Shown: positions 9,612 to 20,628, numbered from the stretch's first letter. The stretch: 64,000 bases of DNA from Patescibacteria group bacterium (GCA_035638115.1 DASRAN010000074.1:26062-90061); one strand, 5' to 3'. Made by a program: numbers and translations. The notes: a model not told the origin generated them from the sequence alone.

Positions 9612-11351
9612 GTGACGCTGAGGCGCGGTTGGTGGCATACTCCGCCCGTTTTGCGCGCGCGGGTCGGAATCGCGGAGCACCGGTTCGACGACGGCGGGAC
9701 GGACAACCGCCGACTCGGTCGCGATGTCGCGCTCGCGGCGTGCGCCGTCGTCCTGTCGGTGGCGAGCGCGATCCACGTGGCGCTCTATCCGCGCACCTTC
9801 AACACACCGGCGCCGGCGCCGGCTCTCATGGCGCAGGAGCCGGTGTCCCCGCCTTCGCGTCCCGAGCCCGATCCAGGCGCCGCGCGGCCGCGGCTCGCCT
9901 TCGTGGTGGTCGACGGTCTGCGCGATGACGCCGCGGCGATTCTCGGGCTGGAGGGGGCGCCGGCGCGGGACGGCGCACCGCCCCCCCTGGCGCTCTGCAC
10001 CTTGGAAGCGTCCTGGCCGTCCTTCTCGATCCCCGGCTACGTGGCCATGGCCACGGGCGTGCCGCCCGCGCTCAGTGGCGTCCACAACAACTGGCATCGC
10101 GGCCCCATCGGCCTGGACACCGTGTTCGCGCAGGCCCGGCTGGCGGGCCGATCGGTCTGCGCCGCGGGCGACGAGACCGACGACTGGGGCCGCCTGTTCC
10201 CGGAGGACCTGGGCGTCCAGACGACCGGCCCCCGCGCGTTCGCCATCGCCATCCACGACCTCTTCCTCGACGGCGCCCCCGCGTGCGACCTCACGCTCGT
10301 GCACACGGTCATCGTCGACGACGCCGCCCATGTCTCGGGCGCCGCGAGCAACCCGTACGCGCGCGCCGTCGCGGCGACGGGGTCCTGGTTAAGAGCGACG
10401 ATCGGGCGGATGGATCCCGCCCGGGACACGCTCGTCGTGACCAGCGATCACGGTCACATCGATCGGGGCGGGCATGGGGGGACGGAACCCGAGGTCCTGC
10501 GCGTGCCCCTCTTCGTGATCGGCCGCGGCGCGAGCCGGGAGCCCGCGCCGGACGGTTGCGCCGGAGGGCGCCTGATCGACGTGGCGCCGACCGTGGCGGT
10601 TCTTGCCGGAGCGGAGCCTCCGCGCCAGTCGGTCGGCACGGTCCTTCGCCCGCTGCTTTCTCTCGACCCTTCCGCGCTCGATGCCGCGGATGCGGCGGGC
10701 CGCCGGACGCGCGCCGCGGTCGCCGCGGCGATCGACCGCGCGGACGGCGACCCCGCCGCGGGAGGGCCGGGCCGCCCCCGGCTCTGGACCGGCCTGCTCG
10801 GCCTCGCGGCGGCGGCCGCGTTGGGATGGATGCTCCTGCTGATCGCGGGTCCGGCCGCGGGCGGCCTGCGATCGTGGGCGACGCCCGCTCTCTATCCGGT
10901 CCTGGCCTGGTCGATCCTGCTCCTCCTCGAGCCCGGAGCGACCTTTTCGGCGAAGCAGAACGACTGGCCCGAGTACGGCCTGCGGATCTTCCTGCTCCTG
11001 TCGATCCCGGCGATCACCGCCTTTGGCTCCCTGATTCTCGCCTTTTCCCAGGCGGACCCCGACGCGGCGCGGCGGACCCGCGCCGTCGCGCTCGCCGGCG
11101 CCGCCGCCTCGTGGCCGATCGTCGTCGGCCTGCACGGCAGCCCCTTCGGCGCGCCGCTCGGCGAACCGCACCTGTCGTTCGCCGTCGTCCTGGCCGGGCT
11201 GGTGGCCAGCGTCGGCTGCGGCTATCTCGCGCTGATCCTGGCGCTCGACGCCGCCCTCGCCTGGCTGGGGGCGGGGCGCCCGGCCCGGACCTGGGCCGAG
11301 GGGGCCGCGATCGCGCGCCAGACCCTCGCCCGGCTGTACGGATCGCGCTGA
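9612..11351 (+). CDS. Alkaline-phosphatase-superfamily membrane protein (PigN / GPI-ethanolamine-phosphate-transferase-like catalytic domain plus C-terminal polytopic domain)
   Basis: N-terminal TM segment; AFVVVDGLRDD, SWPSFSIPGYVAMATG and TSDHGHIDRGGHGG motifs typical of sulfatase/EtnP-transferase metal sites; at least 6 predicted TM helices in the C-terminal 250 aa. GTG start at 9612. Confidence 0.65.
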   Translation: MTLRRGWWHTPPVLRARVGIAEHRFDDGGTDNRRLGRDVALAACAVVLSVASAIHVALYPRTFNTPAPAPALMAQEPVSPPSRPEPDPGAARPRLAFVVVDGLRDDAAAILGLEGAPARDGAPPPLALCTLEASWPSFSIPGYVAMATGVPPALSGVHNNWHRGPIGLDTVFAQARLAGRSVCAAGDETDDWGRLFPEDLGVQTTGPRAFAIAIHDLFLDGAPACDLTLVHTVIVDDAAHVSGAASNPYARAVAATGSWLRATIGRMDPARDTLVVTSDHGHIDRGGHGGTEPEVLRVPLFVIGRGASREPAPDGCAGGRLIDVAPTVAVLAGAEPPRQSVGTVLRPLLSLDPSALDAADAAGRRTRAAVAAAIDRADGDPAAGGPGRPRLWTGLLGLAAAAALGWMLLLIAGPAAGGLRSWATPALYPVLAWSILLLLEPGATFSAKQNDWPEYGLRIFLLLSIPAITAFGSLILAFSQADPDAARRTRAVALAGAAASWPIVVGLHGSPFGAPLGEPHLSFAVVLAGLVASVGCGYLALILALDAALAWLGAGRPARTWAEGAAIARQTLARLYGSR

Positions 11352-11415
11352 CGAGGCCGATCCCATCGACTCGCTGCGGCCAGGACTGAGGGCGCGGGCG
11401 GAACGGTCCCGCCGG

Positions 11416-13929
11416 TTACTCGGCGCGCAGCGCCACCATGGGGTCGACGCGCGTGGCGCGCCGCGCCGGAACGAGGGTGGCGACGAGCGAGATGACGGCG
11501 ACCAGCGCGGCGACGGCGCCATAGATGACCGGGTCGCGCGGGCTGACGCCGAACAGAACGCTCTGGATGCCGTCCCCCGCGACGCTGGCGAGACCGAGGG
11601 TGATGAGAAGCCCGAGCCCGAGACCGAGACCGGTCTGCAGCGAGCCCTGGCGCAGCACCATCCGCAGGATCCGCTTGCTGTCGGCCCCGAGCGCCATCCG
11701 CACGCCCAGCTCCTGGGTGCGCTGGCTGACCGAGAACGACATGATGCCGTAGATGCCGGCGCCGGCGATGATGGTGGCGACCAGGCCGAAGATCGTGAAC
11801 ATCGTGGCGATGATGCGGTTGGCGCTGACGAAGCCGTCGATCTGCCGGCTGGGCGTGCCGACGAAGTAGAGCGGCAGGTTCGCGTCGACCTTGGCGACCT
11901 CGCGGCGCAGCGTGTTGGCCAGATCGTCGGCGCGCTGGCCGCCGCGCGGCTTCACGATGACCGTGGCGAACTGGCTGACGAACGGCTCCGGCTTCACCGG
12001 ACCGTTCGGCTGGCAATAGAACGGTACGTAGAAGCCGGTCTCGTCCACGTTCGGGATGTTGAACGGCGGCATCATCCGCACCATCGTCACCACGCCGACG
12101 ACGGTGCGCCACGGGCCGGGCTGGTCCGTGTTGCCGTCCAGGGCGCGGAAGCGCCGGCCCAGGGCGCTCTCGTTCCCGAAGTGCTTCTTGGCGAAGGCCG
12201 TGTTGACGATCGCGACCGGCAGCTTGGCGTCGAGATCGTCGTCCTGGAAGCGGCGCCCTTCGACCAGCGTCTGCCCCAGGACGTCGAAGTACGTCGGCGT
12301 GACCTGCTCGAAATTGGCGTTCGGCCGATCCTTCTTCTCCTTGTACTCCTTGCCTTCGATCTCGATCGGCCCGCTGCCCGAGAAGACCATCCGGAAACGA
12401 TTGGTGAGCGCCACCGCCTCGAACTGCGGATTCGCGCCCAGGTCGCGCACCAGGCGATCGAAGAAATTCCTGCGCGCGTCCTGGGTCGGATAATCCCCGT
12501 CCATCAGCCCCATGCGGGCCGTCATCAGGGCCTTCGTGTCGTAGCCGTAGTCGATGGTCTGCTGCTTGAGGATCGACTGCATCTGGAGGAGCGACCCGAT
12601 GAGCAGCACGCAGGTGACCACCACCTGGAGCACGACCAGGCTGCGCATGACCAGCCGGGTCGCGCGGCTCGTGCTGCCGCGCCCGCCCTCCTTCAACAGC
12701 CCGATGACGTTGGAGCGCGAGCCCATCCAGGCCGGCGGCAGCCCGGAGATCAGCGCCGCCCCGAGCATCGCGGCGACGGTGAAGGCCAGCACGGGGCCGT
12801 CGATCTCGAACGAGATCCACGAAGGGATCGGGTTGTCGAGGTTGCGCGTCGTGGTCATCAGCAGGCTGGTGCAGTAGTAGGCGAGCCCGACTCCGATCGC
12901 GGCGCCGAAGACGGCCACCACCAGGTTCTCGGTCAGCATCTGGACGATCAGGCGGCCGCGCGTGGCGCCGAGCGACGAGCGGATCGCCAGCTCACGCGCC
13001 CGCAGCGTCGCCCGGGCGAACTGCATGTTCATCACGTTGACGCAGCCGATCAGGAGCACGCCGACGCAGAACGCCAGCATGGTGAGGAGCGTCCCCCGAA
13101 GCGGAATCGGCGTGAAGGTCTTGAGCAGCGGCTCGACCTGCCCGGCGTTGAACGCCTTGTTGGTCTCCGGATACGTCTCGGCGAAATGCTTCGCGAGCGT
13201 CGCCACCTCGGCGTTGGCCTGATCGAGGCTGACGTCCTTCCTGAGCAGCGCCAGCACCGCGGGGCTGATGCTGCGCTGGTCGTTGCGCTCGCGCACCGGG
13301 AACTCGGTGAACAGGGGGACCCAGAGCTCCTCGTTGGTCGGGAACGCGAACCCGGAAGGCATCACGCCGACGATGGTCGCCGGCGTCCCGTTGATGCGCA
13401 GCGACTTGCCGATGATGTCGGGCTTGCCGCCGAAGTCACGCTGCCAGACGGCGTACCCGATGATCGCCACCTTCTCGGCGCCGGGCTTGTTGTCCTCGGG
13501 CGTGAAATCGCGACCAAGAACCGGCGACATGCCGAGGATGCGCAGGAAGGCGTCGGTCACGTACGCGCCGGTGTAGCGCCGCGGCGTGCCGTCGATCGTC
13601 GCGTTGACGGTCGAGCCGTTCAGATAGGCCGCCATCAGATCGAACGACTGCTGCTTCGGCCTCAGCTCCTCGAAGTCGGCCGACGAGATCTGGCTGTTCA
13701 CTCCGAAGAAGTTCCGGCTGGTCGGGTCGATGAATCGGACGCTGACGAGGCGGGCGGCGTTCGGGAACGAGAAGCCGCGCAGCATCACCCCGTTGACGAC
13801 GCTGAAGGTGGTGGTGACGCCGCAGATGCCGAGGGCCAGCACCGTGACGGCCATGGCGCAGAACCCCTTCTCGCGAAGGAGGACGCGCAGCCCGACTCGC
13901 AGATCCTGAATGAAGTGATCGGTGCCCAT
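11416..13929 (-). CDS. ABC transporter permease, MacB/FtsX type with a duplicated FtsX domain; no adjacent ATPase gene (ADOP-like)
   Basis: 837 aa; N-terminal TM (MAVTVLALGICGVTTTFSVVNGVML), large periplasmic MacB_PCD-like domains, two FtsX 4-TM bundles. Confidence 0.9.
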   Translation of the reverse strand: MGTDHFIQDLRVGLRVLLREKGFCAMAVTVLALGICGVTTTFSVVNGVMLRGFSFPNAARLVSVRFIDPTSRNFFGVNSQISSADFEELRPKQQSFDLMAAYLNGSTVNATIDGTPRRYTGAYVTDAFLRILGMSPVLGRDFTPEDNKPGAEKVAIIGYAVWQRDFGGKPDIIGKSLRINGTPATIVGVMPSGFAFPTNEELWVPLFTEFPVRERNDQRSISPAVLALLRKDVSLDQANAEVATLAKHFAETYPETNKAFNAGQVEPLLKTFTPIPLRGTLLTMLAFCVGVLLIGCVNVMNMQFARATLRARELAIRSSLGATRGRLIVQMLTENLVVAVFGAAIGVGLAYYCTSLLMTTTRNLDNPIPSWISFEIDGPVLAFTVAAMLGAALISGLPPAWMGSRSNVIGLLKEGGRGSTSRATRLVMRSLVVLQVVVTCVLLIGSLLQMQSILKQQTIDYGYDTKALMTARMGLMDGDYPTQDARRNFFDRLVRDLGANPQFEAVALTNRFRMVFSGSGPIEIEGKEYKEKKDRPNANFEQVTPTYFDVLGQTLVEGRRFQDDDLDAKLPVAIVNTAFAKKHFGNESALGRRFRALDGNTDQPGPWRTVVGVVTMVRMMPPFNIPNVDETGFYVPFYCQPNGPVKPEPFVSQFATVIVKPRGGQRADDLANTLRREVAKVDANLPLYFVGTPSRQIDGFVSANRIIATMFTIFGLVATIIAGAGIYGIMSFSVSQRTQELGVRMALGADSKRILRMVLRQGSLQTGLGLGLGLLITLGLASVAGDGIQSVLFGVSPRDPVIYGAVAALVAVISLVATLVPARRATRVDPMVALRAE

Positions 13930-14136
13930 GGAGGTCTCCCGGCGCGATCATACGGTCGCTCCCGGACCCGGGTTCCGGGAGATTCGCGGGACCGGCCGGC
14001 GCGGGCGCGGGCGACCCCCGACGGCGGGACGGGCACGGCCTCCCGGCCGACCGCGGCTCCGGGGCCCGTCGCCCTGTGTATGATGACGGGTCCGCCGGGC
14101 CCGGGCCCGCGCGGCCATCACACTCAAGGAGACCCC

Positions 14137-14748
14137 ATGATGCGTCCGACCGCAGCAAGACTGGGCACCGCCGCCATGATCCTGATGCTCGCCCCGCTGG
14201 CGCAGGCGCAGACCGGATCCCAGCCGCCCCAGATGACACCGGAGCAGAAGGCCGAGATGGAGGCCTACATGAAGGCCGGCACGCCGGGCGCGCCGCACCA
14301 GGCGCTGGCGGCCTCGGCGGGCAGCTACGAGGTCAAGGTGAAGTCGTGGCACGACGTCAACGGACCCGCCGCGGAGTCGACCGGCACCGCGACGCGCACC
14401 ATGACGCTCGGCGGCCGCGTGCGCGTCGAGGATTTCAGCTCGTCGATGATGGGGACGCCCTTCACCGGTCACGGATCGCTGGGCTACGACAACGTCACCG
14501 GCAAGTACTGGTCGACCTGGAACGACTCCATGTCCACGGGGCTGATGGTCAGCGAAGGCACCTGCGACGCGCAGGGCAAGTCGTGCACCTTCACCGGCTC
14601 GTGGAACGATCCGGTCAAGAAGACCCCGATGAAGGCGCGCATGACCACGGCGTGGACGAGCCCCACGACCGAGATGTTCGTCATGTATGCCCCGGGGAAG
14701 GACGGCAAGGAAATGAAGATGATGGAGATCACCTACACGAAGAAGTAG
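14137..14748 (+). CDS. DUF1579-family periplasmic protein
   Basis: AAGGAG RBS 6 nt before ATGATG 14137; signal peptide MMRPTAARLGTAAMILMLAPLAQA; resemblance to DUF1579 proteins is from memory. Confidence 0.7.
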   Translation: MMRPTAARLGTAAMILMLAPLAQAQTGSQPPQMTPEQKAEMEAYMKAGTPGAPHQALAASAGSYEVKVKSWHDVNGPAAESTGTATRTMTLGGRVRVEDFSSSMMGTPFTGHGSLGYDNVTGKYWSTWNDSMSTGLMVSEGTCDAQGKSCTFTGSWNDPVKKTPMKARMTTAWTSPTTEMFVMYAPGKDGKEMKMMEITYTKK

Positions 14749-14803
14749 GCCGGGGTCCCCGCGGTCTCGCCCGGCCCGGCGGCGGCGCCGGGCGAGGCCT
14801 GTG

Positions 14804-17227
14804 CTACTCGGCGCGCAGGGCGGTCATCGGGTCGACCTTCGCGGCGCGCGAGGCCGGAACATAGCAGGCGAGAAGCGCCGCCGCCGTCATGATCAAAGAC
14901 GCCGCGCCGAACGTCCAGGCGTCCATCGGGCCGACGCCGAAGAGGAGACCGCGGAGGAGACGGCCCAGGGCGAGGGCCGCGATCAGGCCCAGCCCGACCC
15001 CGGCCGCCACGAGGGTCATCCCGTCCATCAGAACCAGGGACAGCACGTCCCTCCGCCGCGCGCCGAGCGCCATGCGGATGCCGATCTCCTGGGTGCGCTG
15101 CCCCACGGCATACGACAGGATGCCGTAGATGCCCACCGCGGCGAGCAGCAGCGCCACCGCGGCGAACAGTCCGAGCAGCGCGGTGCGGAATCGCGGCTCG
15201 GCCACCGACCTGCCGAGCAGCTCGCGCATGGTGCGCACCTCCGCCACGGGCAGCTGCGGATCGAGCGCCGCCACCTGCGCGCGGATCGCCTGCGCCAGAC
15301 CGGCGGAGCCCGAGGCCGAGCGCACCAGCAGGTACATCGTCGGCCACCAGAGATTCTGCTCGTAGGGCGTGTACATCGTCGGCGCGGGCGCGGCGTCGAG
15401 CCCGGTGTACTTCACGTCACCGACGACGCCGACGATGGTGACCCAGGGCGAGCGGGGATCCGGATCGCCGAGCTGGAGCCGCCGGCCGATCGGATCCTCC
15501 CCGGGGAAGAGCGTCGACGCCATGGTCTGGTTGATGACGACCACGTCGGGCGCCGCGGGCGTGTCGCCGGCGTCGAACGCCCGGCCGCGCAGCAGCGGCA
15601 CGCCCAGCACGCGGAAGTAGGCCGGACTGATCAGGAGCTGCGCGATCGCGGGAGCGTGCCGGCCGGGAGCGAGCGGACGGCCCTCGATGGTGTAGGGGTT
15701 GGTCATCACCAGCAGGTTCGGCGGCAGCGCCATGGAGATCGCGACCGCCTCGACGCCCGGCAGGGTCGCCGTCTGGTCGATCAGCCGCCGGAAGAGCGCC
15801 GATCTCGCCGGACCGTCGGGATAGCGCGCCTGCGGCAGGGAGACCGACGCGGTCAGGATCTCCCCTGACTCGAATCCCGGGTTGACCTGCTGGAGACGGA
15901 GAAAGCTCCGGATCAGGAGCCCCGCCCCGACCAGGAGCATGATCGCGAGGGCGAACTCGCTCACCACGAGCAGGCTGCGCAGCCTCCGGCCGCGGCGGTC
16001 GGTGGTGCCGCGGCCGCCGTCGTGAAGCCCGACCGTCAGGCCGGCGCGCGAGCCCTGCAGCGCCGGAGCCAGCCCGAACAGAACGCCGCAGACGACCGTG
16101 ACCGCGAGCGTGTAGCCGAGCACTTCGAGATTTGTCCCGACCTCGTTCAGGCGGGGCAGGTTCGCGGGCCCGAGCCGCGCCAGGAGATCGGTCCCCCAGA
16201 GCGACAGGAGCGCGCCCGCCAGACCGCCGATCCCCGCCAGCAGAAGGCTCTCCGTCAGGAGCTGGCGGACGAGTCGGGCCCGGCCGGCTCCGAGCGAGGC
16301 CCGGATCGCCATCTCCTTGCGTCGCGCCGTGGCGCGGGCCAGGAGCAGGTTGGCGATGTTGGCCGTCGCGATCAGCAGGACCAGCGCGACGGCGCCCAGC
16401 AGGACGAGGAGCGCCGGACGCGCGTCCCCGATCATCTCGTCCTTCAAGGGCGCGGTGCCGAGCTGCCAGTCGGACGACGATTCCGGGAATCGCTCCTTGA
16501 TCCGTCGCGCGACCGCCTGCAGATCGTTCCGGACGGCGGCCGGCTCGGCGCCCGGGCGGAGCCTGGCGAGAGCGCTGATGAAGAACGGCGGCCGTGAGTC
16601 CGATCGCTCGGGGCGGAAGATCGGCCAGAGGTCGGCCACCCGGTCGTGGGGGAACCGGAAGCCCGCCGGCATGACGCCGACGATGGTGTGGCTCGTGTCG
16701 TTCACGCCGATGGCCCGTCCGATGACCGCCGGGTCGCCCCCGAAGCGCCGCTGCCAGAGGGCGTGACTCAGCACCACGACCGGCGCGGCGCCCGGCTCGT
16801 CGTCCGCGGCCACGAAGCCGCGTCCAAGGACGGGTCTGGTCCCCAGGAGGTCGAACAGCTCGGCGGTGGCCGCCGTCCCGTTCACCCGCTCGGGATCGCC
16901 GAGACCGGTGAGGGCGAAGCCGCCGACCGGGGAGTAATAGGCCGCCACCGGTCCCAGGGCCGGGGCAGCTTCGCGCAGGGCCACGACGTCGTCCGTCGAC
17001 AGCACGTCGTGCGAGGAGGGCGAGCTGGTCCACGACTGGTAGACGCTCACGAGCGTCCCGGCGCCCGGGTAAGGCAGGGGGCGCAGCAGGACCGCGTCGA
17101 CGACGCTGAAGATCGAGGTGTTGGCGCCGATCCCGAGCGCCAGGGTGACGATCGCCGCCGCGGTGAGCCCCGGGTTCCTGCCGAGCATCCGCATTCCGAA
17201 GCGCAGGTCCTGCACGAGAACGCTCAT
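14804..17227 (-). CDS. ABC transporter permease, MacB/FtsX type with a duplicated FtsX domain; no adjacent ATPase gene
   Basis: 807 aa; paralogue of 11416..13929 ([48 protein letters not shown]…). Confidence 0.9.
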   Translation of the reverse strand: MSVLVQDLRFGMRMLGRNPGLTAAAIVTLALGIGANTSIFSVVDAVLLRPLPYPGAGTLVSVYQSWTSSPSSHDVLSTDDVVALREAAPALGPVAAYYSPVGGFALTGLGDPERVNGTAATAELFDLLGTRPVLGRGFVAADDEPGAAPVVVLSHALWQRRFGGDPAVIGRAIGVNDTSHTIVGVMPAGFRFPHDRVADLWPIFRPERSDSRPPFFISALARLRPGAEPAAVRNDLQAVARRIKERFPESSSDWQLGTAPLKDEMIGDARPALLVLLGAVALVLLIATANIANLLLARATARRKEMAIRASLGAGRARLVRQLLTESLLLAGIGGLAGALLSLWGTDLLARLGPANLPRLNEVGTNLEVLGYTLAVTVVCGVLFGLAPALQGSRAGLTVGLHDGGRGTTDRRGRRLRSLLVVSEFALAIMLLVGAGLLIRSFLRLQQVNPGFESGEILTASVSLPQARYPDGPARSALFRRLIDQTATLPGVEAVAISMALPPNLLVMTNPYTIEGRPLAPGRHAPAIAQLLISPAYFRVLGVPLLRGRAFDAGDTPAAPDVVVINQTMASTLFPGEDPIGRRLQLGDPDPRSPWVTIVGVVGDVKYTGLDAAPAPTMYTPYEQNLWWPTMYLLVRSASGSAGLAQAIRAQVAALDPQLPVAEVRTMRELLGRSVAEPRFRTALLGLFAAVALLLAAVGIYGILSYAVGQRTQEIGIRMALGARRRDVLSLVLMDGMTLVAAGVGLGLIAALALGRLLRGLLFGVGPMDAWTFGAASLIMTAAALLACYVPASRAAKVDPMTALRAE

Positions 17228-17440
17228 CGATCCCTCCGGTGGCCCCCCCGGCCGGCGACGGCCGCGCCGGCGCGCTGCGAATCGCGTACCAGCCGGGGGC
17301 CGCGTCCGACCCTCCGTCCGGCATCCGTGCGGAGCTCCCCTCCGGGCGGGCGCCGGCGGGGAAGCTGTCCGATCCTGGGACTAGGCGTCCCGATTCGGTT
17401 GACAGACCCCCGCCTCTTGGGGCACGGTCAGGCCGATCTC

Positions 17441-18967
17441 ATGAGACCGTTCGAGTCGTCGAGCCGCTTCGTGGGGAGGGGCTTTCGGAAGTGGCTCCTC
17501 CTCGCGCTGCTTTTCCCCTTTTCCCATGCGGGGGCGCAGACGCTCTACGTCGACGACGACGCTCGGGCCGCGTGCCCGTGCGGGAATCCGGCGAAGAACG
17601 ACCCGGCCTGCGGCGGGCCGGAGAAGCCGTTCTCCTGCATCCGGGACGCCGTCGCGGCCCAAGTCCCCTTCGACACCATCGTCGTGCGTGACGGCACCTA
17701 CCACGAATGCGTCGGCGTCAATCAGGGCGGCGCGAGCGAAACGCAGCGCCGGACGATCGAGGCCGAGAACGTCCACGGCGCTCTCATCTCCTGCACGTCG
17801 AAGGAGTACGTGGCCCTGTACATCCATGCGAGCTACCTGACGGTGCGGGGGTTCCGGGTCACCGGCGGCAGCACCGGGATCTACATCGACGGGGCGAAAC
17901 CCGACCACCACGACGCGGGCACGGGCGTCGTGGTGGAGGATGCCGAGGTCTTCGGCAACTCCACCGGGGTGCTGGTCCAGAAGGCCTGCGCCGGCACCCG
18001 GCTGTCCCGGCTCGACATCCATCACAACACGCCGCATGACGGGCTGAAGATCGACACCGCCTACCCGGGGCGCATCACCGACACGATCGTCGAGGACTCC
18101 CACGTGCACCACAATCGCAACCAGGGGATCGGCGAGGGGAACGCCGAGCACACGATCATCCGCAACTGCGAGGTCGACAACAACGGCACCGACGGCCAGA
18201 CCCACGGGTTCTACATGAAGGGCTTCGAAGGGCTCATCCAGAGCAACAAGGTGCACGACAACTCCGGGTACGGGATCCATCTCTGGGCCGCCCCGCGCGG
18301 GACGGCGGCGCGCCATTACATCGTGGAGAACAACGACGCCTACGCGAACGGTTCGGGCGGGATCGTCCTCGGGGGCAACCCCGGCGAGGCCGCCCCCGCC
18401 CCGCCGCTTCCGCCCGGCGACGGACTTCCGCACTACGTCGAGATCCGGAACAACAGGCTCCACGACAATCGCAGCGCCGGGTTCGTGTACTACGGCAGCC
18501 GCTGCGACGACAGCGCGAACGACAATTCGTTCCACGACAACACGGTCTATGACAACGGCGCCATCGCCCTGCTCATCTCCAGCCTGCACAACGACGCCGC
18601 GGCCACACGCCTGACGCTCAAGGACAACGTCTTCCTCGGGCGCCCCTACACCGACGGCGCGGTCCTGGCGCTTCTCATCAACACCAGCCTCGATCCGGGG
18701 ACCCTGGATGGGAATACCTTCTACGTGCCGGGCGCCAGTCCGTCCACGCCCGGCCTGTTCCGCTGGCTGTGCAATGGCTGCCGGACGCCCCCCGCCACCG
18801 AGATCCGGTACAGCTTCGATCAGTTTCGCGACCCGGGGGTCAGGCGGGCCATGATGCGCCGGCCCGAGCCGAGCTGCGGCTCGCCTGTGACCTTCGAGCT
18901 CGACGAGCGGTCGAAGTGGGCCGACCCCGGGATCGTCGTTCCGGGTCCGCCGGCCGCTCCACGCTGA
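17441..18967 (+). CDS. Secreted right-handed parallel beta-helix repeat protein (pectin-lyase fold)
   Basis: Signal peptide MRPFESSSRFVGRGFRKWLLLALLFPFSHAGA; repeated …HHNRNQG…NNGTDG…HDNSGYGI…NNRLHDNRSAGF… beta-helix turns. Confidence 0.7.
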   Translation: MRPFESSSRFVGRGFRKWLLLALLFPFSHAGAQTLYVDDDARAACPCGNPAKNDPACGGPEKPFSCIRDAVAAQVPFDTIVVRDGTYHECVGVNQGGASETQRRTIEAENVHGALISCTSKEYVALYIHASYLTVRGFRVTGGSTGIYIDGAKPDHHDAGTGVVVEDAEVFGNSTGVLVQKACAGTRLSRLDIHHNTPHDGLKIDTAYPGRITDTIVEDSHVHHNRNQGIGEGNAEHTIIRNCEVDNNGTDGQTHGFYMKGFEGLIQSNKVHDNSGYGIHLWAAPRGTAARHYIVENNDAYANGSGGIVLGGNPGEAAPAPPLPPGDGLPHYVEIRNNRLHDNRSAGFVYYGSRCDDSANDNSFHDNTVYDNGAIALLISSLHNDAAATRLTLKDNVFLGRPYTDGAVLALLINTSLDPGTLDGNTFYVPGASPSTPGLFRWLCNGCRTPPATEIRYSFDQFRDPGVRRAMMRRPEPSCGSPVTFELDERSKWADPGIVVPGPPAAPR

Positions 18968-18980
18968 CCGGCGCCCGTCC

Positions 18981-20618
18981 CTACGAGTGCGTCCCCGGCG
19001 CCTCGTGGCCGGTGCGCTCGACATACTCGACGTAGGTGCCCGGATAGACGTGCGGCTCCGCGTCGCGGCCGCTCTCCCCGCCCAGCTCGAGCACCCGCGT
19101 CCCGAGACCGCGCAGGAAGGTGCGGTCGTGCGACACGAAGAGCATCGTTCCCTCGAACGTTCGCAGCGATTCGACCAGCATCTCCTTGGTCGCCAGATCG
19201 AGGTGATTGGTCGGCTCGTCGAGGACGAGGAAGTTCGGGGTCTCGAACAGCATGCGGGCCATCGCGAGACGCGAGCGTTCGCCGCCCGACAGCGCGCGCA
19301 CCTTCTTGTCGACGTCGTCGCCGGTGAACTGGAAGGCGCCGGCGAGGGTGCGCAGCACGCCGATCCCCTCGCGCGGGAAGTCGGCCTGCAGCTGCTCGAG
19401 GACGGTGAGGTCGGCCCGCAGGACGTCGAGCGACTGCTGCGCGAAGTAGCCCATCTTGAGTGAGGCGCCGAGACGCACCCCGCCCGAGTCCGGCGCGAGC
19501 ACGCCGGCCACGATGCGCAGGAGCGTCGTCTTGCCGGCGCCGTTGCGGCCCATGACGGCCCAGCGCTCGCCGCGCCGAATCGTCAGGCTCAGGCCGTCGT
19601 AGATGACGCGCCGGCCGTAGGCCTTGCGGACGTTCTCGATCACGGCCACCTGGTCGCCCGAGCGCGGCGGCTCGCGGAAGTCGAAGGTCACGACGGCGCG
19701 CCTTTTCGGCAGGGTGACCTTCTCGATCTTGTCGAGCGCCTTGATGCGGCTCTGCACCTGCGCCGCCTTGGCGGCGTGGGTGCGGAACCGATCGATGAAG
19801 CGCTGCTCCTTGGCGAGCATCGCCTGCTGCCGGGCGTAGGCCGCTTCGCGGTTCGCCTCGCGCAGGCGCCGCTCGCGGTCGTAGAAGTCGTAGTTCCCGG
19901 AGTAGACGGTGATCTCGCCGCCGTCGATCTCCGCGATCTTCGTGACCACGCGGTTGAGGAACTCGCGGTCGTGCGACGTCATCAGGAGCGTGCCCGGATA
20001 GGCCTTGAGGTACGACTCCAGCCAGACGATCGACTCGATGTCGAGGTGGTTGGTCGGCTCGTCCATCAGGAGCACGTCGGGCCGGCCGAGGAGCACGCGC
20101 GCCATCGCCACGCGCATCTTCCAGCCGCCCGACAGCGCGCCGACGTCGCCGTCGATCCGCTCGTCCTCGAACCCGAGCCCGTGCAGTACCTCGCGCGCCC
20201 GGCTCTCGAGCGCGTACCCGCCCAGGTGGTCGTACTCCTCCTGAACCTCGCCGAAGCGCGCCAGGATCGTGTCCATCTCGCCGGCTCGCTCCGGATCGGC
20301 CATCGCCTTCTGCAGCGCCTCGAGCTCGTGATGCAGGTCGCCGACGCGCCCGCTGCCGGCGATCGCCTCGTCCAGGACCGAGCGGCCCGACATCTCCTCG
20401 ACGTCCTGGCGGAAGTACCCGATGGTCAGCTTGCGCGGGACCGTGACCTCGCCGTCGTCGGGCGTCTCCTCGCCGGTGATCATCCGGAACACCGTCGTCT
20501 TGCCGGCGCCGTTCGGCCCGACCAGACCGGCCTTCTCCTGCGGGTTGAGCTGGAAGGAGGCCTCGACGAAGAGGACCTGCTTGCCGTACTGCTTGCTGAC
20601 GTTCGCGAAGGAGATCAT
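18981..20618 (-). CDS. ABC-F family ATPase (two tandem ABC domains)
   Basis: Two Walker A motifs (GPNGAGKTT; GRNGAGKTT) and two LSGG signatures in one 545-aa polypeptide, with no TM domain. Confidence 0.9.
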   Translation of the reverse strand: MISFANVSKQYGKQVLFVEASFQLNPQEKAGLVGPNGAGKTTVFRMITGEETPDDGEVTVPRKLTIGYFRQDVEEMSGRSVLDEAIAGSGRVGDLHHELEALQKAMADPERAGEMDTILARFGEVQEEYDHLGGYALESRAREVLHGLGFEDERIDGDVGALSGGWKMRVAMARVLLGRPDVLLMDEPTNHLDIESIVWLESYLKAYPGTLLMTSHDREFLNRVVTKIAEIDGGEITVYSGNYDFYDRERRLREANREAAYARQQAMLAKEQRFIDRFRTHAAKAAQVQSRIKALDKIEKVTLPKRRAVVTFDFREPPRSGDQVAVIENVRKAYGRRVIYDGLSLTIRRGERWAVMGRNGAGKTTLLRIVAGVLAPDSGGVRLGASLKMGYFAQQSLDVLRADLTVLEQLQADFPREGIGVLRTLAGAFQFTGDDVDKKVRALSGGERSRLAMARMLFETPNFLVLDEPTNHLDLATKEMLVESLRTFEGTMLFVSHDRTFLRGLGTRVLELGGESGRDAEPHVYPGTYVEYVERTGHEAPGTHS

Positions 20619-20628
20619 CGAGGGGCGC

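Noticed and set aside
12181-14125. N-terminal 640 aa of the 855-aa ORF 12181..14748.
   Set aside because: Only the last ~203 codons (14137..14748) form a credible gene, with RBS, signal peptide and DUF1579-like sequence. The upstream part is antisense to the ABC permease gene and is low complexity.
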